From the IMG/VR virus record IMGVR_UViG_3300034069_000619, positions 1 through 64,000 of that record: a DNA stretch of 64,000 bases; one strand, written 5' to 3'. The stretch is from a virus. The position numbers were made by a program, and so were the translations under genes. Shown here piece after piece: positions 9,060 through 18,570 of the stretch. The notes beneath the pieces were generated by a model, which saw only the letters and a program-made list of their open reading frames with translations, was not told the DNA's origin and searched no databases. Position 1 is the first letter of the stretch. Each line of letters opens with the position of its first letter.

Positions 9060-9166
9060 GTTTCAACCTCACGCCGAGTTGTCCATAGGCGTGAGCCCCA
9101 GCCGGCGGTGGGCAAACACCGGCAGCGGGCGCGCGGTCACTTCACCCGCTGCGTGAGCCCGCACAT

Positions 9167-9376
9167 TTACCTAATCGGGTCGGGTGCCCCAAAGTAGTAA
9201 CTCAGCCTCGGGTCTTTTTCTGCGTCTTCAGGAGACGGGTAAAAAAGTCCTGCTGCTTTGATATTTGCGTTCAACACCCTTAGTTGATCTTTGGAAAAAG
9301 ATCTTGGGCCATAAGTCATCATCATGTTGACGGCCCATGCCAAGTTTCTAAGCAGATCCCGCTCTTCGTCGGTCAT
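9167..9376 (-). CDS. hypothetical moron protein
   Basis: ATG 9376 (MTDEERDLL...) preceded by CAGGAGGC. AT-richer, and on the reverse strand inside the head module. Confidence 0.45.
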   Translation of the reverse strand: MTDEERDLLRNLAWAVNMMMTYGPRSFSKDQLRVLNANIKAAGLFYPSPEDAEKDPRLSYYFGAPDPIR

Positions 9377-9389
9377 CGTCGCCTCCTGA

Positions 9390-9602
9390 TCACAAATCAG
9401 CGTCGGTCGGTGAAACCTTGTAGGTGAAGCGCTTGAGGTTGTAGCGAGCCGCATTCAGCGTAGACCCACACCACCGCCGGCCATCCCACTGGATCGTCGC
9501 TAGCCAAACATCTGTCATGCCGTCACCGTCGTCTGCGGTGTTCTCGACAACGTAGAAGCCCTTCTCGCGAGGAGGCTTGTTGAGGGGCATCCACTCCATC
9601 AC
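9390..9602 (-). CDS. hypothetical moron protein (possible DUF551-like)
   Basis: 70-aa reverse-strand ORF. WMPLNKPPREKGFYVV resembles DUF551 N-termini. Confidence 0.5.
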   Translation of the reverse strand: MMEWMPLNKPPREKGFYVVENTADDGDGMTDVWLATIQWDGRRWCGSTLNAARYNLKRFTYKVSPTDADL

Positions 9603-9653
9603 CGCCTCCTGAAAAGTTGAGGCCCAACGCTACCACAGAAAGCACGGTCTCGC

Positions 9654-11096
9654 ATGACCGAAACCACGATCGCGCTCGACCGCGCGTCTGTTCGCCGATC
9701 GGACGACGACGGCCACATGCACGTCAGCTTGACGCCGATCAGCAAGGCCAACGTTTGCGGCTATCTCGGCCGCGAAATCCCTGACTGGCAGAGCCTCGGG
9801 CTCAAGGCTGACCGCATCTACAAGATGTGGCGCCATCCCGAGGAGCTTGAGAAAGCCGCCGATAGTTTCAACGGCAAGCCCCTGCTGTTCGGCCACAACC
9901 CGGTCAGCGCCGCCAAGCACGACCATGACCGCACGGTCGGCGCCGTGTCCGGTGTGCAGTGGAAGCCGCCGTTTCTCATGGCCACGCTTGACATCTGGCC
10001 GAGCAAAGCCATCGACGCCATCGACAGTGGCGAACATGAGGAACTGTCCTCGGCCTACGCCTACAAAGCCGATATGGCCGCCGGCCGCACGCCTGATGGT
10101 GAGCAGTACGACGGCATCATGCGCAACATCCGCGGCAACCACGTCGCGATGGTCAAGGAAGGTCGCGCGGGCTCAGACGTCCGCGTCCTAGACGCCAAAC
10201 CACGTTCCCTCAAGGAGACGTTTCCCATGCCGAAGACGGCTGTACTATCCCGCACGGCCGACGTCGCGCGTGGCGCACTCATGGCCTACGCCAAGCCTCG
10301 GCTGGCGCAGGACGCCAAGATCGACCTTCAGCCCATTCTCAAGGGAGTGACGGCGAAGAACCTCAAGGCGAAGGCCAGCACGATCGCCAAGGCGTTTGAC
10401 GCTGCTGTCCGTCCGAAGCTCGGCCAAGATGCCGACATGGACCAGGCCGATGTTCAGGCCGTCGTCGAGGAAGTCGCCGAACTGATGAAGTCGGAGAGCG
10501 ACGACATCGCCGCTGCTGTGGCCGATCCCGATCCCGCCGCTGCCCCCGACCCTGATGGCAACGATGCCCCCGACATGGACGCCCTCATGTCCTACCTCGG
10601 CGGCGTCCTGACCGACGAGCAGATGGCCAAGGTCAAGTCGATGATGGGCAAGGGCGACGATGACGACGGCGCCGAAGACCGCCGCAAGAAGGGCCTGCCG
10701 GCTGCTCCGAGCGCCCAGGACTCCGACAAGGACAAGGTCCCCGTGATCACCAAGCCAGCCATGGATGCTGCCATCGCACAGGCCCGCAAGGATGCGGCTA
10801 CCGACGCGATGAAGCAGGCCAACGCCATTCGCGACGCCGAGCGCTTCGTCCGTCCCTACGTCGGTGAGATCGCCATGGCCTGCGACAGCGCCGAGGCCGT
10901 CCACCGTGCCGCGCTCGACATTCTCAAGGTGAAACACGAGGGCAAGCACCCCGATGCCTTGGCCGATCTCGTCGAGGTTCATGGGCAGGCGATCAAGGCC
11001 AAGGCCGAGCCCCGCCGGCATCTCGCTCAGGACGCTGCCCCCTCGGGCATCACCTACGACGCCAAGTCGTTCCCGAACTCCAGCCGACTGAAGTGA
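9654..11096 (+). CDS. DUF2213-like prohead protease/scaffold protein
   Basis: N-terminal region (GKPLLFGHNPVSA...GNHVAMVKEGRAG) matches the DUF2213 pattern. The Ala/Asp/Lys-rich C-terminal half looks scaffold-like. Confidence 0.7.
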   Translation: MTETTIALDRASVRRSDDDGHMHVSLTPISKANVCGYLGREIPDWQSLGLKADRIYKMWRHPEELEKAADSFNGKPLLFGHNPVSAAKHDHDRTVGAVSGVQWKPPFLMATLDIWPSKAIDAIDSGEHEELSSAYAYKADMAAGRTPDGEQYDGIMRNIRGNHVAMVKEGRAGSDVRVLDAKPRSLKETFPMPKTAVLSRTADVARGALMAYAKPRLAQDAKIDLQPILKGVTAKNLKAKASTIAKAFDAAVRPKLGQDADMDQADVQAVVEEVAELMKSESDDIAAAVADPDPAAAPDPDGNDAPDMDALMSYLGGVLTDEQMAKVKSMMGKGDDDDGAEDRRKKGLPAAPSAQDSDKDKVPVITKPAMDAAIAQARKDAATDAMKQANAIRDAERFVRPYVGEIAMACDSAEAVHRAALDILKVKHEGKHPDALADLVEVHGQAIKAKAEPRRHLAQDAAPSGITYDAKSFPNSSRLK

Positions 11097-11103
11097 GGTC
11101 GAC

Positions 11104-11607
11104 ATGGCTGATTTCCCCACCTCTGTAAACGTCAACCCCGCGATCGGCCTTCCCGGCGATTTCGCTTCGGTCAACCCGCGCCATTCGGTTGTGGCGCCTC
11201 CCGGCGGCTTCTCTGCTGGCCCTAACGGCCTGACGATCGGTCTCGCTTGCTGGGCGGATAGCGCCACGGGCCAGATCCTGTCGAATAGCGGCAGTGGCCT
11301 GCCCACGGGCATCCTGCATCGCAACATGCAGGCACTGATCACGACCTATCTGACAACCTACGGCTATACGATCCCCGCAGGTTTCGCTGTCGGAGAACTG
11401 TTCGATAACGGCGACCTGTTCGTGAAGAACTTCGGCTCGTCCGCTGTTGCGGTTGGCATGAAGGCGTTCGCCAACACCACCAATGGCACGTGGTCGTTCG
11501 CCGCCGCTGGCACGACCGTTTCCGGTTCTGTCGAGACGGGCTGGTACGCGAAGCTCGCCTGTGCGGCCGGCGAAATCACCATCGTCAACAAGCTCATCCC
11601 GGGCTGA
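11104..11607 (+). CDS. capsid-associated structural (decoration/cement-like) protein
   Basis: 167-aa ORF lying between the scaffold and the major capsid gene. Confidence 0.5.
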   Translation: MADFPTSVNVNPAIGLPGDFASVNPRHSVVAPPGGFSAGPNGLTIGLACWADSATGQILSNSGSGLPTGILHRNMQALITTYLTTYGYTIPAGFAVGELFDNGDLFVKNFGSSAVAVGMKAFANTTNGTWSFAAAGTTVSGSVETGWYAKLACAAGEITIVNKLIPG

Positions 11608-11628
11608 ACCTGAAAGGCGCCTCGGCCC

Positions 11629-12687
11629 ATGACGTACCACAATCCTATTCCTGACGATCTGAAGCGCGACTGGGGCATCGTCACCATCGCGCAGGACTTC
11701 CTGCCGGATGAGTTCCGCCGCGATTACACGCTGTCGGACAAGATCATGATGGCGCTCGACGCCCAGCCTGCGCTGGTGACGACGCCCTCGGCTGGTGTTC
11801 CCTTCTTCGCCACCACCTTCGTCGATCCCGACGTGGTGCGCGTTCTTCAGACCCCGAACAAGGGCGCTGAAATCCTGGGCGAGAAGAAGCTCGGCGATTG
11901 GACCACCACGACCGCTCAGTTCCAGATCGTTGAGAACACGGGTCGTGTCGTCGGCTACGGCGACTTCAACGACGACGGCAACACGAACGTCAACACCGAC
12001 TTCGCGTTCCGCCAGTCGTTCTCTTACCAGACGATCGTTGAGTATGGCGACAAGGCCACCGAACTGGCTGGTCTCGCCAAGCTCAACTACGTCTCGGAGA
12101 TGAAGCTGTCTGCGACCAAGGTCATGGACAAGTTCGCCGATTATTCCTACCACTTCGGCATCGCCGGCCTGCAGAGCTACGGGATCATCAACGACCCGAA
12201 CCTCTCGGCGGCGCTCACCCCGTCCACCAAGGCTGCGGGCGGTACCAAGTGGGTGAACAACGGCATCGTGGTGGCCTCTCCTAACGAGATCACGGTCGAC
12301 GTTCAGGCTCTGGTCGCTCAGCTCATCAGCCAGTCGCCCGGCTACATTGATCCGGCCGAAGAAATCGTCATGGTCGGCCCTCCGATCATTGCGCTCGCCC
12401 TCGGCTCGACCAACTCGTTCGGCCTGACTGCTCAGCAGATGCTGGACAAGGTGTTCAAGCTCACGGTCATCACCGACCCGCGCTATGCCACCGCTGCCGG
12501 AAATCTGATCCAGCTTTGGGCCAAGAGCTACGACGGCAACGACGTCGGCTTTTGCGGCTTCGGTGAGAAGCTTCGGGAGTTCCCGGTTGTCCGTGAGCTT
12601 TCGGCTTCCAAGCAGAAGGTCGCTGGCACCACTTTCGGCGCGATCATCAAGTATCCGCTCGCCGCCGCCCAGATGCTGGGAGTCTGA
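11629..12687 (+). CDS. major capsid protein (DUF2184-like)
   Basis: 352 aa. Position after DUF2213 and the decoration gene is the usual synteny for this capsid family. Confidence 0.75.
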   Translation: MTYHNPIPDDLKRDWGIVTIAQDFLPDEFRRDYTLSDKIMMALDAQPALVTTPSAGVPFFATTFVDPDVVRVLQTPNKGAEILGEKKLGDWTTTTAQFQIVENTGRVVGYGDFNDDGNTNVNTDFAFRQSFSYQTIVEYGDKATELAGLAKLNYVSEMKLSATKVMDKFADYSYHFGIAGLQSYGIINDPNLSAALTPSTKAAGGTKWVNNGIVVASPNEITVDVQALVAQLISQSPGYIDPAEEIVMVGPPIIALALGSTNSFGLTAQQMLDKVFKLTVITDPRYATAAGNLIQLWAKSYDGNDVGFCGFGEKLREFPVVRELSASKQKVAGTTFGAIIKYPLAAAQMLGV

Positions 12688-12690
12688 CAC

Positions 12691-13164
12691 ATGGCTGGTG
12701 GGACCACCGTCGTCGTCGGCTCCAAGCTGGCTATGCCGCTCTCTCTGCGGCTTCAGGTCGACCACGTCGTCCACGCCAACGTCGGCGGCGCGGTCCACCA
12801 GGAGAAGCTTCGGGTTTTCGATCCGTCGCCTGATGCCGAGACCTACGTCGTGAAGGGCTTTTCCCGTCATCACGCTCGGGTGCCTGACGCTAAGATCGTC
12901 GGCGCTCGGCAGGCTAACGACGGCGGCACAATCGGCGGCTATGCCCTGACCTACGTCCCCAAGGATTTCTGGGACAAGTGGGTCGCTCAGAACAAGGACT
13001 TCCCTCCGCTGAAGACCGGCTTCCTCATCGCGTTTGAGAAGCAGGACACCGTCGAGGGGATCGCCAAGGAGAAGGTCGACGTGATGAGCGGCATGGAGCC
13101 GTTCAACCCCGATCGTCCGCCTTCCGAATTCGCTCGCAAGATCAGCAGGGCAGACGCTGCCTAA
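12691..13164 (+). CDS. hypothetical head-module protein
   Basis: 157-aa ORF tightly packed in the head module. Confidence 0.5.
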   Translation: MAGGTTVVVGSKLAMPLSLRLQVDHVVHANVGGAVHQEKLRVFDPSPDAETYVVKGFSRHHARVPDAKIVGARQANDGGTIGGYALTYVPKDFWDKWVAQNKDFPPLKTGFLIAFEKQDTVEGIAKEKVDVMSGMEPFNPDRPPSEFARKISRADAA

Positions 13165-13177
13165 AGGACATTCCACC

Positions 13178-13687
13178 ATGCGCATCAAGTCGACCCTGCC
13201 GATCGGCATCAACATCTCCGAGCCGCACCCCGATCCCGAGCATCCCGGCAACAGCCCGGCGCTGAAGTCTTTCGTCCTCCGTCCTGGCGTCAACGATCTC
13301 AGCGACACTGACGCCGCGACATACAAGGCGTGGGCTGATGCGAGCGGTCAGGGCTTCATCGCGTCTGCTGACGACGTGAAGGCCGGCACCACGGACGGCA
13401 AGGTCTATGACATGACTGAGGATGAGCCGGAAACCGAGTATGGTTTCGAGCCCGCCTTGAAGCGTGCTGTCGATGCTGGCAAGTCTGATGCTGGCAAGGG
13501 GTCGACCGTGACGGAGCCTGGTCCGGTGAAGTCCGATGACATGCGGACGGGTTCGCCTGCTGTTGCGGCTGCTCCGGTCCTGACCGCCAGCGCTCCGCTG
13601 AAGGTTCCCGTGACGGCTGAGGCGCCTGCGGCTTCGCCGGCCGCCAAGGTCGCCCCGCCTGCCCCGGCTGCTACGCCCGCGAAGTGA
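13178..13687 (+). CDS. hypothetical head-module protein with Ala/Pro-rich tail
   Basis: 169-aa ORF with a low-complexity C-terminus (APAASPAAKVAPPAPAATPAK). Confidence 0.5.
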   Translation: MRIKSTLPIGINISEPHPDPEHPGNSPALKSFVLRPGVNDLSDTDAATYKAWADASGQGFIASADDVKAGTTDGKVYDMTEDEPETEYGFEPALKRAVDAGKSDAGKGSTVTEPGPVKSDDMRTGSPAVAAAPVLTASAPLKVPVTAEAPAASPAAKVAPPAPAATPAK

Positions 13688-13693
13688 TCTGAC

Positions 13694-14131
13694 ATGGGTG
13701 TCGTCGCGACCTTCGACTCGGAAGCTTTCAAAGCGGCCTATCCGCAGTTCGCGACGCTCTCGGACGCGCAGCTCGTCAACGCCTTCAATCAGGCGACGCT
13801 CTACCTCGCCAATGACGGCACAGGGCCTGTGTCGGATGTGGCAACGCAGACTACGCTGCTGTGGCTGCTGACAGCCCATGTCTCGCAGTTGATCTATGGC
13901 ACCAACGGGCAGGCACCGTCTGGCCTTGTGGGGCGGGTGAGCAGCGCGTCGGAAGGGTCAGTCAGCGTTTCGACCGACCTCGGAGGCCTGCCCGGCTCGG
14001 CGTCTTGGTTTGCGCAGACGGGGTTCGGGCTGTCATTCTGGCAAGCCACGGCGCGGTTCAGGACGGCGCGGTACATTCCAGGGTTCCAGCGACCCACAGG
14101 GTTCTGGCCTTATGGCGTGGGGAGGTGCTGA
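13694..14131 (+). CDS. head-tail connector protein (DUF4054-like)
   Basis: N-terminus FDSEAFKAAYPQFATLSDAQL is typical of DUF4054. Confidence 0.6.
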   Translation: MGVVATFDSEAFKAAYPQFATLSDAQLVNAFNQATLYLANDGTGPVSDVATQTTLLWLLTAHVSQLIYGTNGQAPSGLVGRVSSASEGSVSVSTDLGGLPGSASWFAQTGFGLSFWQATARFRTARYIPGFQRPTGFWPYGVGRC

Positions 14132-14574
14132 TGGCCTCCGTCATCGGCGGCACCAAGCTTGCCGCTGCCCTTCAGCACATCGCCACGAACGCCACGAAGG
14201 CTAGCAAGGTTGACGTCGGCTTTCTGGCGGGCGCTACCTATCCTGATGGCACGTCTGTGCCGATGGTGGCTGCGCTCAATGAGTTCGGTCGGCCGGACAA
14301 GGGACAGCCGCCCCGCCCCTTCTTCCGTGGCATGATCGCGGACAAGTCGGGTGAGTGGCCTGGCGCTGTCTCCAACCTTCTCAAGGCCAACGACTTCGAC
14401 GCCGCCAAGACATTGGATCAGGCTGGTGGCGCCATCGCTGGCCAGCTTCGGCAGAGCATCGTCAACCTGACGAGCCCACCACTGGCTCAGAGCACCGTTG
14501 ACCGCAAGGGCTTCGACAAGCCCCTGATTGACACGGGTCATATGTCGAACTCGATCGATCATCGGGTTGACTGA
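14131..14574 (+). CDS. HK97 gp10-like head-tail joining protein
   Basis: ATG 14131 overlaps the upstream TGA. Carries LNEFGRPDKGQPPRPFFR and DTGHM motifs. Confidence 0.65.
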   Translation: MASVIGGTKLAAALQHIATNATKASKVDVGFLAGATYPDGTSVPMVAALNEFGRPDKGQPPRPFFRGMIADKSGEWPGAVSNLLKANDFDAAKTLDQAGGAIAGQLRQSIVNLTSPPLAQSTVDRKGFDKPLIDTGHMSNSIDHRVD

Positions 14575-14666
14575 TGGACCACGCTGACTTCATGGCCTAC
14601 GTCATCGTCGGGTTTTTCATCCTCGGCCTTGCGATCGGCTTCGCCATCGGACGGCTTGCACGATGA
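14574..14666 (+). CDS. 30-aa single-TM micro-protein (absent from the ORF track)
   Basis: MDHADFMAYVIVGFFILGLAIGFAIGRLAR. Its ATG overlaps the upstream TGA (TGATG) and its TGA overlaps the next ATG (ATGA). Confidence 0.45.
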   Translation: MDHADFMAYVIVGFFILGLAIGFAIGRLAR

Positions 14667-15040
14667 ATTTGCACGCCATTGTCCGCGGGGCCATCTCGTC
14701 GGTGAACCCCGACATCCCCGTGCAGGTTCAGATCTCGACGGGCTACACCACGACCTCAGCCGGTAAGCGCGTTCCCAGCTACGCGGCGCCCGTCACGATG
14801 ACGGCGCAGGTCCAGGCGCTGACCTCTACCGACCTCCGCAAGCTCGACGGCCTCAACATCCAGGGCTCAATGCGGACGATGTACCTGTCGGGCTCGCTTA
14901 ACGGGGTGTCCCGCCTAAACCAAAAGGGCGGTGACCTCATCACACTGCCGGACGGCACGGTCAATCTGACGACCATGGTGCTGGAGCAGTGGCCCGACTG
15001 GGTCAAGGTAGCTTGCACCCAGCAAGTTAACGCCGTATAA
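14663..15040 (+). CDS. hypothetical neck/tail-completion protein
   Basis: 125-aa ORF in the connector block. Confidence 0.55.
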   Translation: MNLHAIVRGAISSVNPDIPVQVQISTGYTTTSAGKRVPSYAAPVTMTAQVQALTSTDLRKLDGLNIQGSMRTMYLSGSLNGVSRLNQKGGDLITLPDGTVNLTTMVLEQWPDWVKVACTQQVNAV

Positions 15041-15046
15041 TTGGCT

Positions 15047-15703
15047 ATGACATGCGGAATATATTCTATTACGTCTCCTTCCGGTAACTGCTATGTCGGA
15101 AGTTCGGTGCGTTGCAAGCGAAGGTGGTCCGCTCACCGTTACCACCTAAAGCGCGGCAATCATCATAGTGCTGGTCTCCAACGCGCTTACCGAAAATATG
15201 AAGGTGCTCTAGAATACAAAATTTTAATTGTATGCGAACCCAAAGACCTGCTTCTCTATGAGCAGATAGCTATGGACGGCTTAAAACCTCGATATAACAT
15301 GGGGATTTTTGCTGTAAGTAGAAAAGGCGTTGCACACACAGAAGCCGCAAAAGAAAAAAATAGAAACGCGCATTTGGGAAACAGGGCCTCGCCCCACACG
15401 AGAGAAACCTTATCAAGATTGCTCATTGGAAGTCGCCGCTTAGCCGGAAGATCTCTTACCGAAGAGCATAAAGCCGCAATCAGTAAGAGCGTCAAAGGCA
15501 AACCTCATCGAGACAACTTGCGTGTCAGGCTTGGGACTTCAGGTTTGGAAAGCCTCAAGAAAGATTATGCATCAGGGTTAGGTCTAACAGTGCTGCAGCA
15601 GAAATATGGAGCGTGGCATAAAACGATTTCCAATCTTCTGAGGAGCGAAGGTGTGCAAATCAGAAAAAGAGGATCGCCACTCCTACCGATGAACGGATCC
15701 TGA
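15047..15703 (+). CDS. free-standing GIY-YIG homing endonuclease with NUMOD3-like repeats
   Basis: GIYSITSPSGNCYVGSS...RWSAHR...LLYEQIAMD...YN is a GIY-YIG core. Repeated HT.E.K..IS motifs follow. Strongly AT-richer than its neighbours. TTG 15041 is an alternative start. Confidence 0.85.
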   Translation: MTCGIYSITSPSGNCYVGSSVRCKRRWSAHRYHLKRGNHHSAGLQRAYRKYEGALEYKILIVCEPKDLLLYEQIAMDGLKPRYNMGIFAVSRKGVAHTEAAKEKNRNAHLGNRASPHTRETLSRLLIGSRRLAGRSLTEEHKAAISKSVKGKPHRDNLRVRLGTSGLESLKKDYASGLGLTVLQQKYGAWHKTISNLLRSEGVQIRKRGSPLLPMNGS

Positions 15704-15704
15704 C

Positions 15705-16997
15705 GTGCCGTTTGGTCCGACCCCGACGCAGGACGACTATTTCACCGCCCTGCGCGGGTTCATGTTGCTCCAGCTTCCCGCTGGCATTGAGATCGTGCAG
15801 GCCCAGGACAACCGCGTCCCGCAGCCTGCCGGGTCCGACTTCGTCACCATGAACGAAGTCGGCCGCCGTCGTCTCTCGACCAACGTGACGACCTACGCCG
15901 ACTGCGCGTTCGACGGCACGGTGACGGGTTCGACCCTGACCGTAACGGCCATGCACCTCGGCGCCGTTCAAATCGGAAACCGGCTTCTCGGGGCGGGCGT
16001 ACAGACCGGAACGGTGGTTTCGGGGCAATCCTCTGGCTCACCCGGTGGAATTGGCGTCTACGGCCTGTCTGTGGCTCAGCAATCGCCTATTTCGGGCGTC
16101 CCGCTGGCTACGGGTGAGGCTATGATCGCCCAGCCGACCGAGATGACGGTCCAGATCGACGTCTATGGCCCGGCGTCAGGCGACAACACAGGCGTGCTGA
16201 CTACGCTGCTGCGCGACGGCTATGCGGCGCTGTGGTTCCAGCGCGAGGGTTGGGCCGACAAGGGGATCGGCCTTCTCGACGTCGGTGAGCCGCGTCAGAT
16301 GGCGTTCATCGACGGCGAGCAGCAGTATGAGGACCGCTTCTCGTTCGATGTGAAGCTGCAGGTCAATCAGGTCACCTCGCCCGCGCAGGATTTTGCGGAC
16401 GCGATCAGTGCCACCCTCTACGATGTCGACACGCCAACCGACACCGTTCCGGGCAGCACCGGCCCCGTGACGCAGAACGACAACGTCAGCGTGATCGGCT
16501 CGACCACGACGCCGCTGCCTCAGCCCGCGTTCACTGGCTTTGGCTACATCCAGTATGTGGCTTTGACGTCGTCGCCGGTTCTGAACCTGTCGCCTGGCGT
16601 TCGCACGCCGCTGATGATGCAGATCGACCCGACGCAGACGAGCGACACCCTCAAGGGGCCGTTCGCCGGCTTCGCTTTCTGGGACGGCACCACGCTTCGT
16701 GCCCGCGCGGCAGGCGACCTCTACGAGGTTCGGTTCACGCTCACGGCGACCTCGGCGATCTCGGGCGGCACGCTCACCACCGACGTCACCATCAATGGGC
16801 TCACGGTCGCCACTGACAACGACAGCGAGGCGCTGTCCTACCCCGCCGGCCAGCCGCAGCGAGTTGGTTTCAAACTCCGTCTGCTGCCGAAAGCCGGTTT
16901 CGTGTCAGGCGGCGCCAAGATCTATCTGACGTCCACGGTGCCGGTCTCAATCACGAGCGAGGTGCTGGTCATTGATCCGACCAATGCGGGATCCTGA
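15705..16997 (+). CDS. virion structural protein (neck/terminator-like N-terminus plus inserted repeat domain)
   Basis: 430-aa ORF with a GTG start. Contains one copy (aa 69-126) of the ~55-aa module also present in the sheath and baseplate J proteins. Confidence 0.55.
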   Translation: MPFGPTPTQDDYFTALRGFMLLQLPAGIEIVQAQDNRVPQPAGSDFVTMNEVGRRRLSTNVTTYADCAFDGTVTGSTLTVTAMHLGAVQIGNRLLGAGVQTGTVVSGQSSGSPGGIGVYGLSVAQQSPISGVPLATGEAMIAQPTEMTVQIDVYGPASGDNTGVLTTLLRDGYAALWFQREGWADKGIGLLDVGEPRQMAFIDGEQQYEDRFSFDVKLQVNQVTSPAQDFADAISATLYDVDTPTDTVPGSTGPVTQNDNVSVIGSTTTPLPQPAFTGFGYIQYVALTSSPVLNLSPGVRTPLMMQIDPTQTSDTLKGPFAGFAFWDGTTLRARAAGDLYEVRFTLTATSAISGGTLTTDVTINGLTVATDNDSEALSYPAGQPQRVGFKLRLLPKAGFVSGGAKIYLTSTVPVSITSEVLVIDPTNAGS

Positions 16998-17587
16998 TGC
17001 CGACCCGCATCTTCTTCCTCGACAACGAGATCCTGATCGACACGATCCCGACGCCCTTCGTCGCCGGGTCGCTCATCGCTCGCATGAACGGCGAAGACGT
17101 CCAGATTGGCCGGGTCGAAAGCGATTTCGTCTTCACGTCGATCCCTTGGATGGACATCGCCGCGCGTGACGGCAGCACGTTCACAACGCCAGACGACGCG
17201 ATGGCCTATGTCATCGGTCAGTTGTCGATGCGGCGTGCGGTAGGTGGTGTCGCACGATTTGTGGCTGGTACCGACTTGGGCGGGCATAAAGCCTTGATGC
17301 TCGCAGCGGATGGTAGCGCCATTTATGCTGAACCCACTGCTAATGACTACGTCTTCGCTGGTTTGTCGCTAACCGCTGCACATCAGGGCGCTTCCGTTGA
17401 AGCTATGACGAATGGCTTAGTCACGGAGCCATCGTGGTCGTGGGCGGCTCTTCAGCCCGTGTACGTCGCATCTGCGGGCACCCTGACACAGACTGCGCCA
17501 ACTGTGGGCTTGTTCCACCTTCTCGGTTTTGCGGCGACAGAAACCTCAATTCTCGTCGCGCCTACCCCGCTCGTCCTTCTAGCCTGA
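16997..17587 (+). CDS. hypothetical tail-module protein
   Basis: 196-aa ORF; its ATG overlaps the upstream TGA. Confidence 0.5.
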   Translation: MPTRIFFLDNEILIDTIPTPFVAGSLIARMNGEDVQIGRVESDFVFTSIPWMDIAARDGSTFTTPDDAMAYVIGQLSMRRAVGGVARFVAGTDLGGHKALMLAADGSAIYAEPTANDYVFAGLSLTAAHQGASVEAMTNGLVTEPSWSWAALQPVYVASAGTLTQTAPTVGLFHLLGFAATETSILVAPTPLVLLA

Positions 17588-17599
17588 TCGGGCATCATA

Positions 17600-18118
17600 A
17601 TGGCTCTGACCGCACCGCAACGCCTTCTGGCTCAGGGCCTCAAGGCGCTCTACGAATACGTCCCCGTTCTGTTGGGCGGCACGGCCAACGCCTACAACGT
17701 TCCCGCGCTGAACGCCTCGGGGCAGCTCGACATCACCATGATGCCAACTGGCGTGGGTGCCGACACCCAGATCATTACGGCATCGGAGGCGATCACGGCT
17801 GGCGCCCTCGTCAACATCTACTCGAACGCGGGGACGCCGGCCGTTCGCAATGCCGATGGTTCGACCACGGGTAAGCAGGCGCATGGCTTCACCTTGTCGG
17901 CTATCGCGTCTGGCAGCGCCGGCACGATCTATCTCAGTGGCCTCGATACCGCTGTGACAGGTCTGACACCTGGCGATGCGTATCTGTCAGACACGACGCC
18001 TGGCGCCGTCGCTACCGCAGGCGCCACCATCGCTGGACACACCTATCAGCAGGTTGGGGTCGTGACCGCTGCTGGCGTCCTGCAATACGATTACAATCCG
18101 CCTGTCACGCGGGCCTGA
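17600..18118 (+). CDS. hypothetical tail-module protein
   Basis: 172-aa ORF. Confidence 0.5.
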   Translation: MALTAPQRLLAQGLKALYEYVPVLLGGTANAYNVPALNASGQLDITMMPTGVGADTQIITASEAITAGALVNIYSNAGTPAVRNADGSTTGKQAHGFTLSAIASGSAGTIYLSGLDTAVTGLTPGDAYLSDTTPGAVATAGATIAGHTYQQVGVVTAAGVLQYDYNPPVTRA

Positions 18119-18121
18119 TCC

Positions 18122-18562
18122 GTGGCGAACCGAAAGTCCCTTGTTCTTCGGGGATCTGGTCCCGGTTTTGAGGAAAAGCCGTCGACAGACTTCGTTGATG
18201 GCGCGGTCGCCTACAACGTTACTCAGGGCCTAACTGCTGCCCAGCAGGCGCAGGCACGGGCGAACATCTCGGCCGGATCGCACGCCAAGTTCACCGGCAC
18301 GATCACACCGCCTGCCCTCGCCCTGCTCGGTACTTCGACCGTAACCGTCGCGGGCCTAACGCCGGTAACAACGGGCGATAGCCTTACCTATGGCGAGTAC
18401 ATAACCCTGCACATCAACGCAGGATCGTCACTCCCATCCGGCCTCGTGGTCTCCTACGAGCCCCAGGTGACGGCAGCGAACACCGTGACTGTCAAGCTCG
18501 TCGCGACCATCGCGCTGGGTGTCGGCACAGCGGTGCCGGTCACGATCCTCGCCCACCGCTGA
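18122..18562 (+). CDS. hypothetical tail-module protein
   Basis: 146-aa ORF with a GTG start. Confidence 0.5.
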   Translation: MANRKSLVLRGSGPGFEEKPSTDFVDGAVAYNVTQGLTAAQQAQARANISAGSHAKFTGTITPPALALLGTSTVTVAGLTPVTTGDSLTYGEYITLHINAGSSLPSGLVVSYEPQVTAANTVTVKLVATIALGVGTAVPVTILAHR

Positions 18563-18570
18563 CCCTTCCA

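Noticed and set aside
11050-13326. 758-aa ORF on the - strand across the capsid genes. Similar long antisense ORFs occur at 6393-7358, 10245-11342, 18756-20192, 21894-22604 and 62197-63342.
   Set aside because: Their Arg/Gly/Asp/Val-rich, low-information translations lie opposite well-supported + strand structural genes. These are typical shadow ORFs of high-GC DNA.
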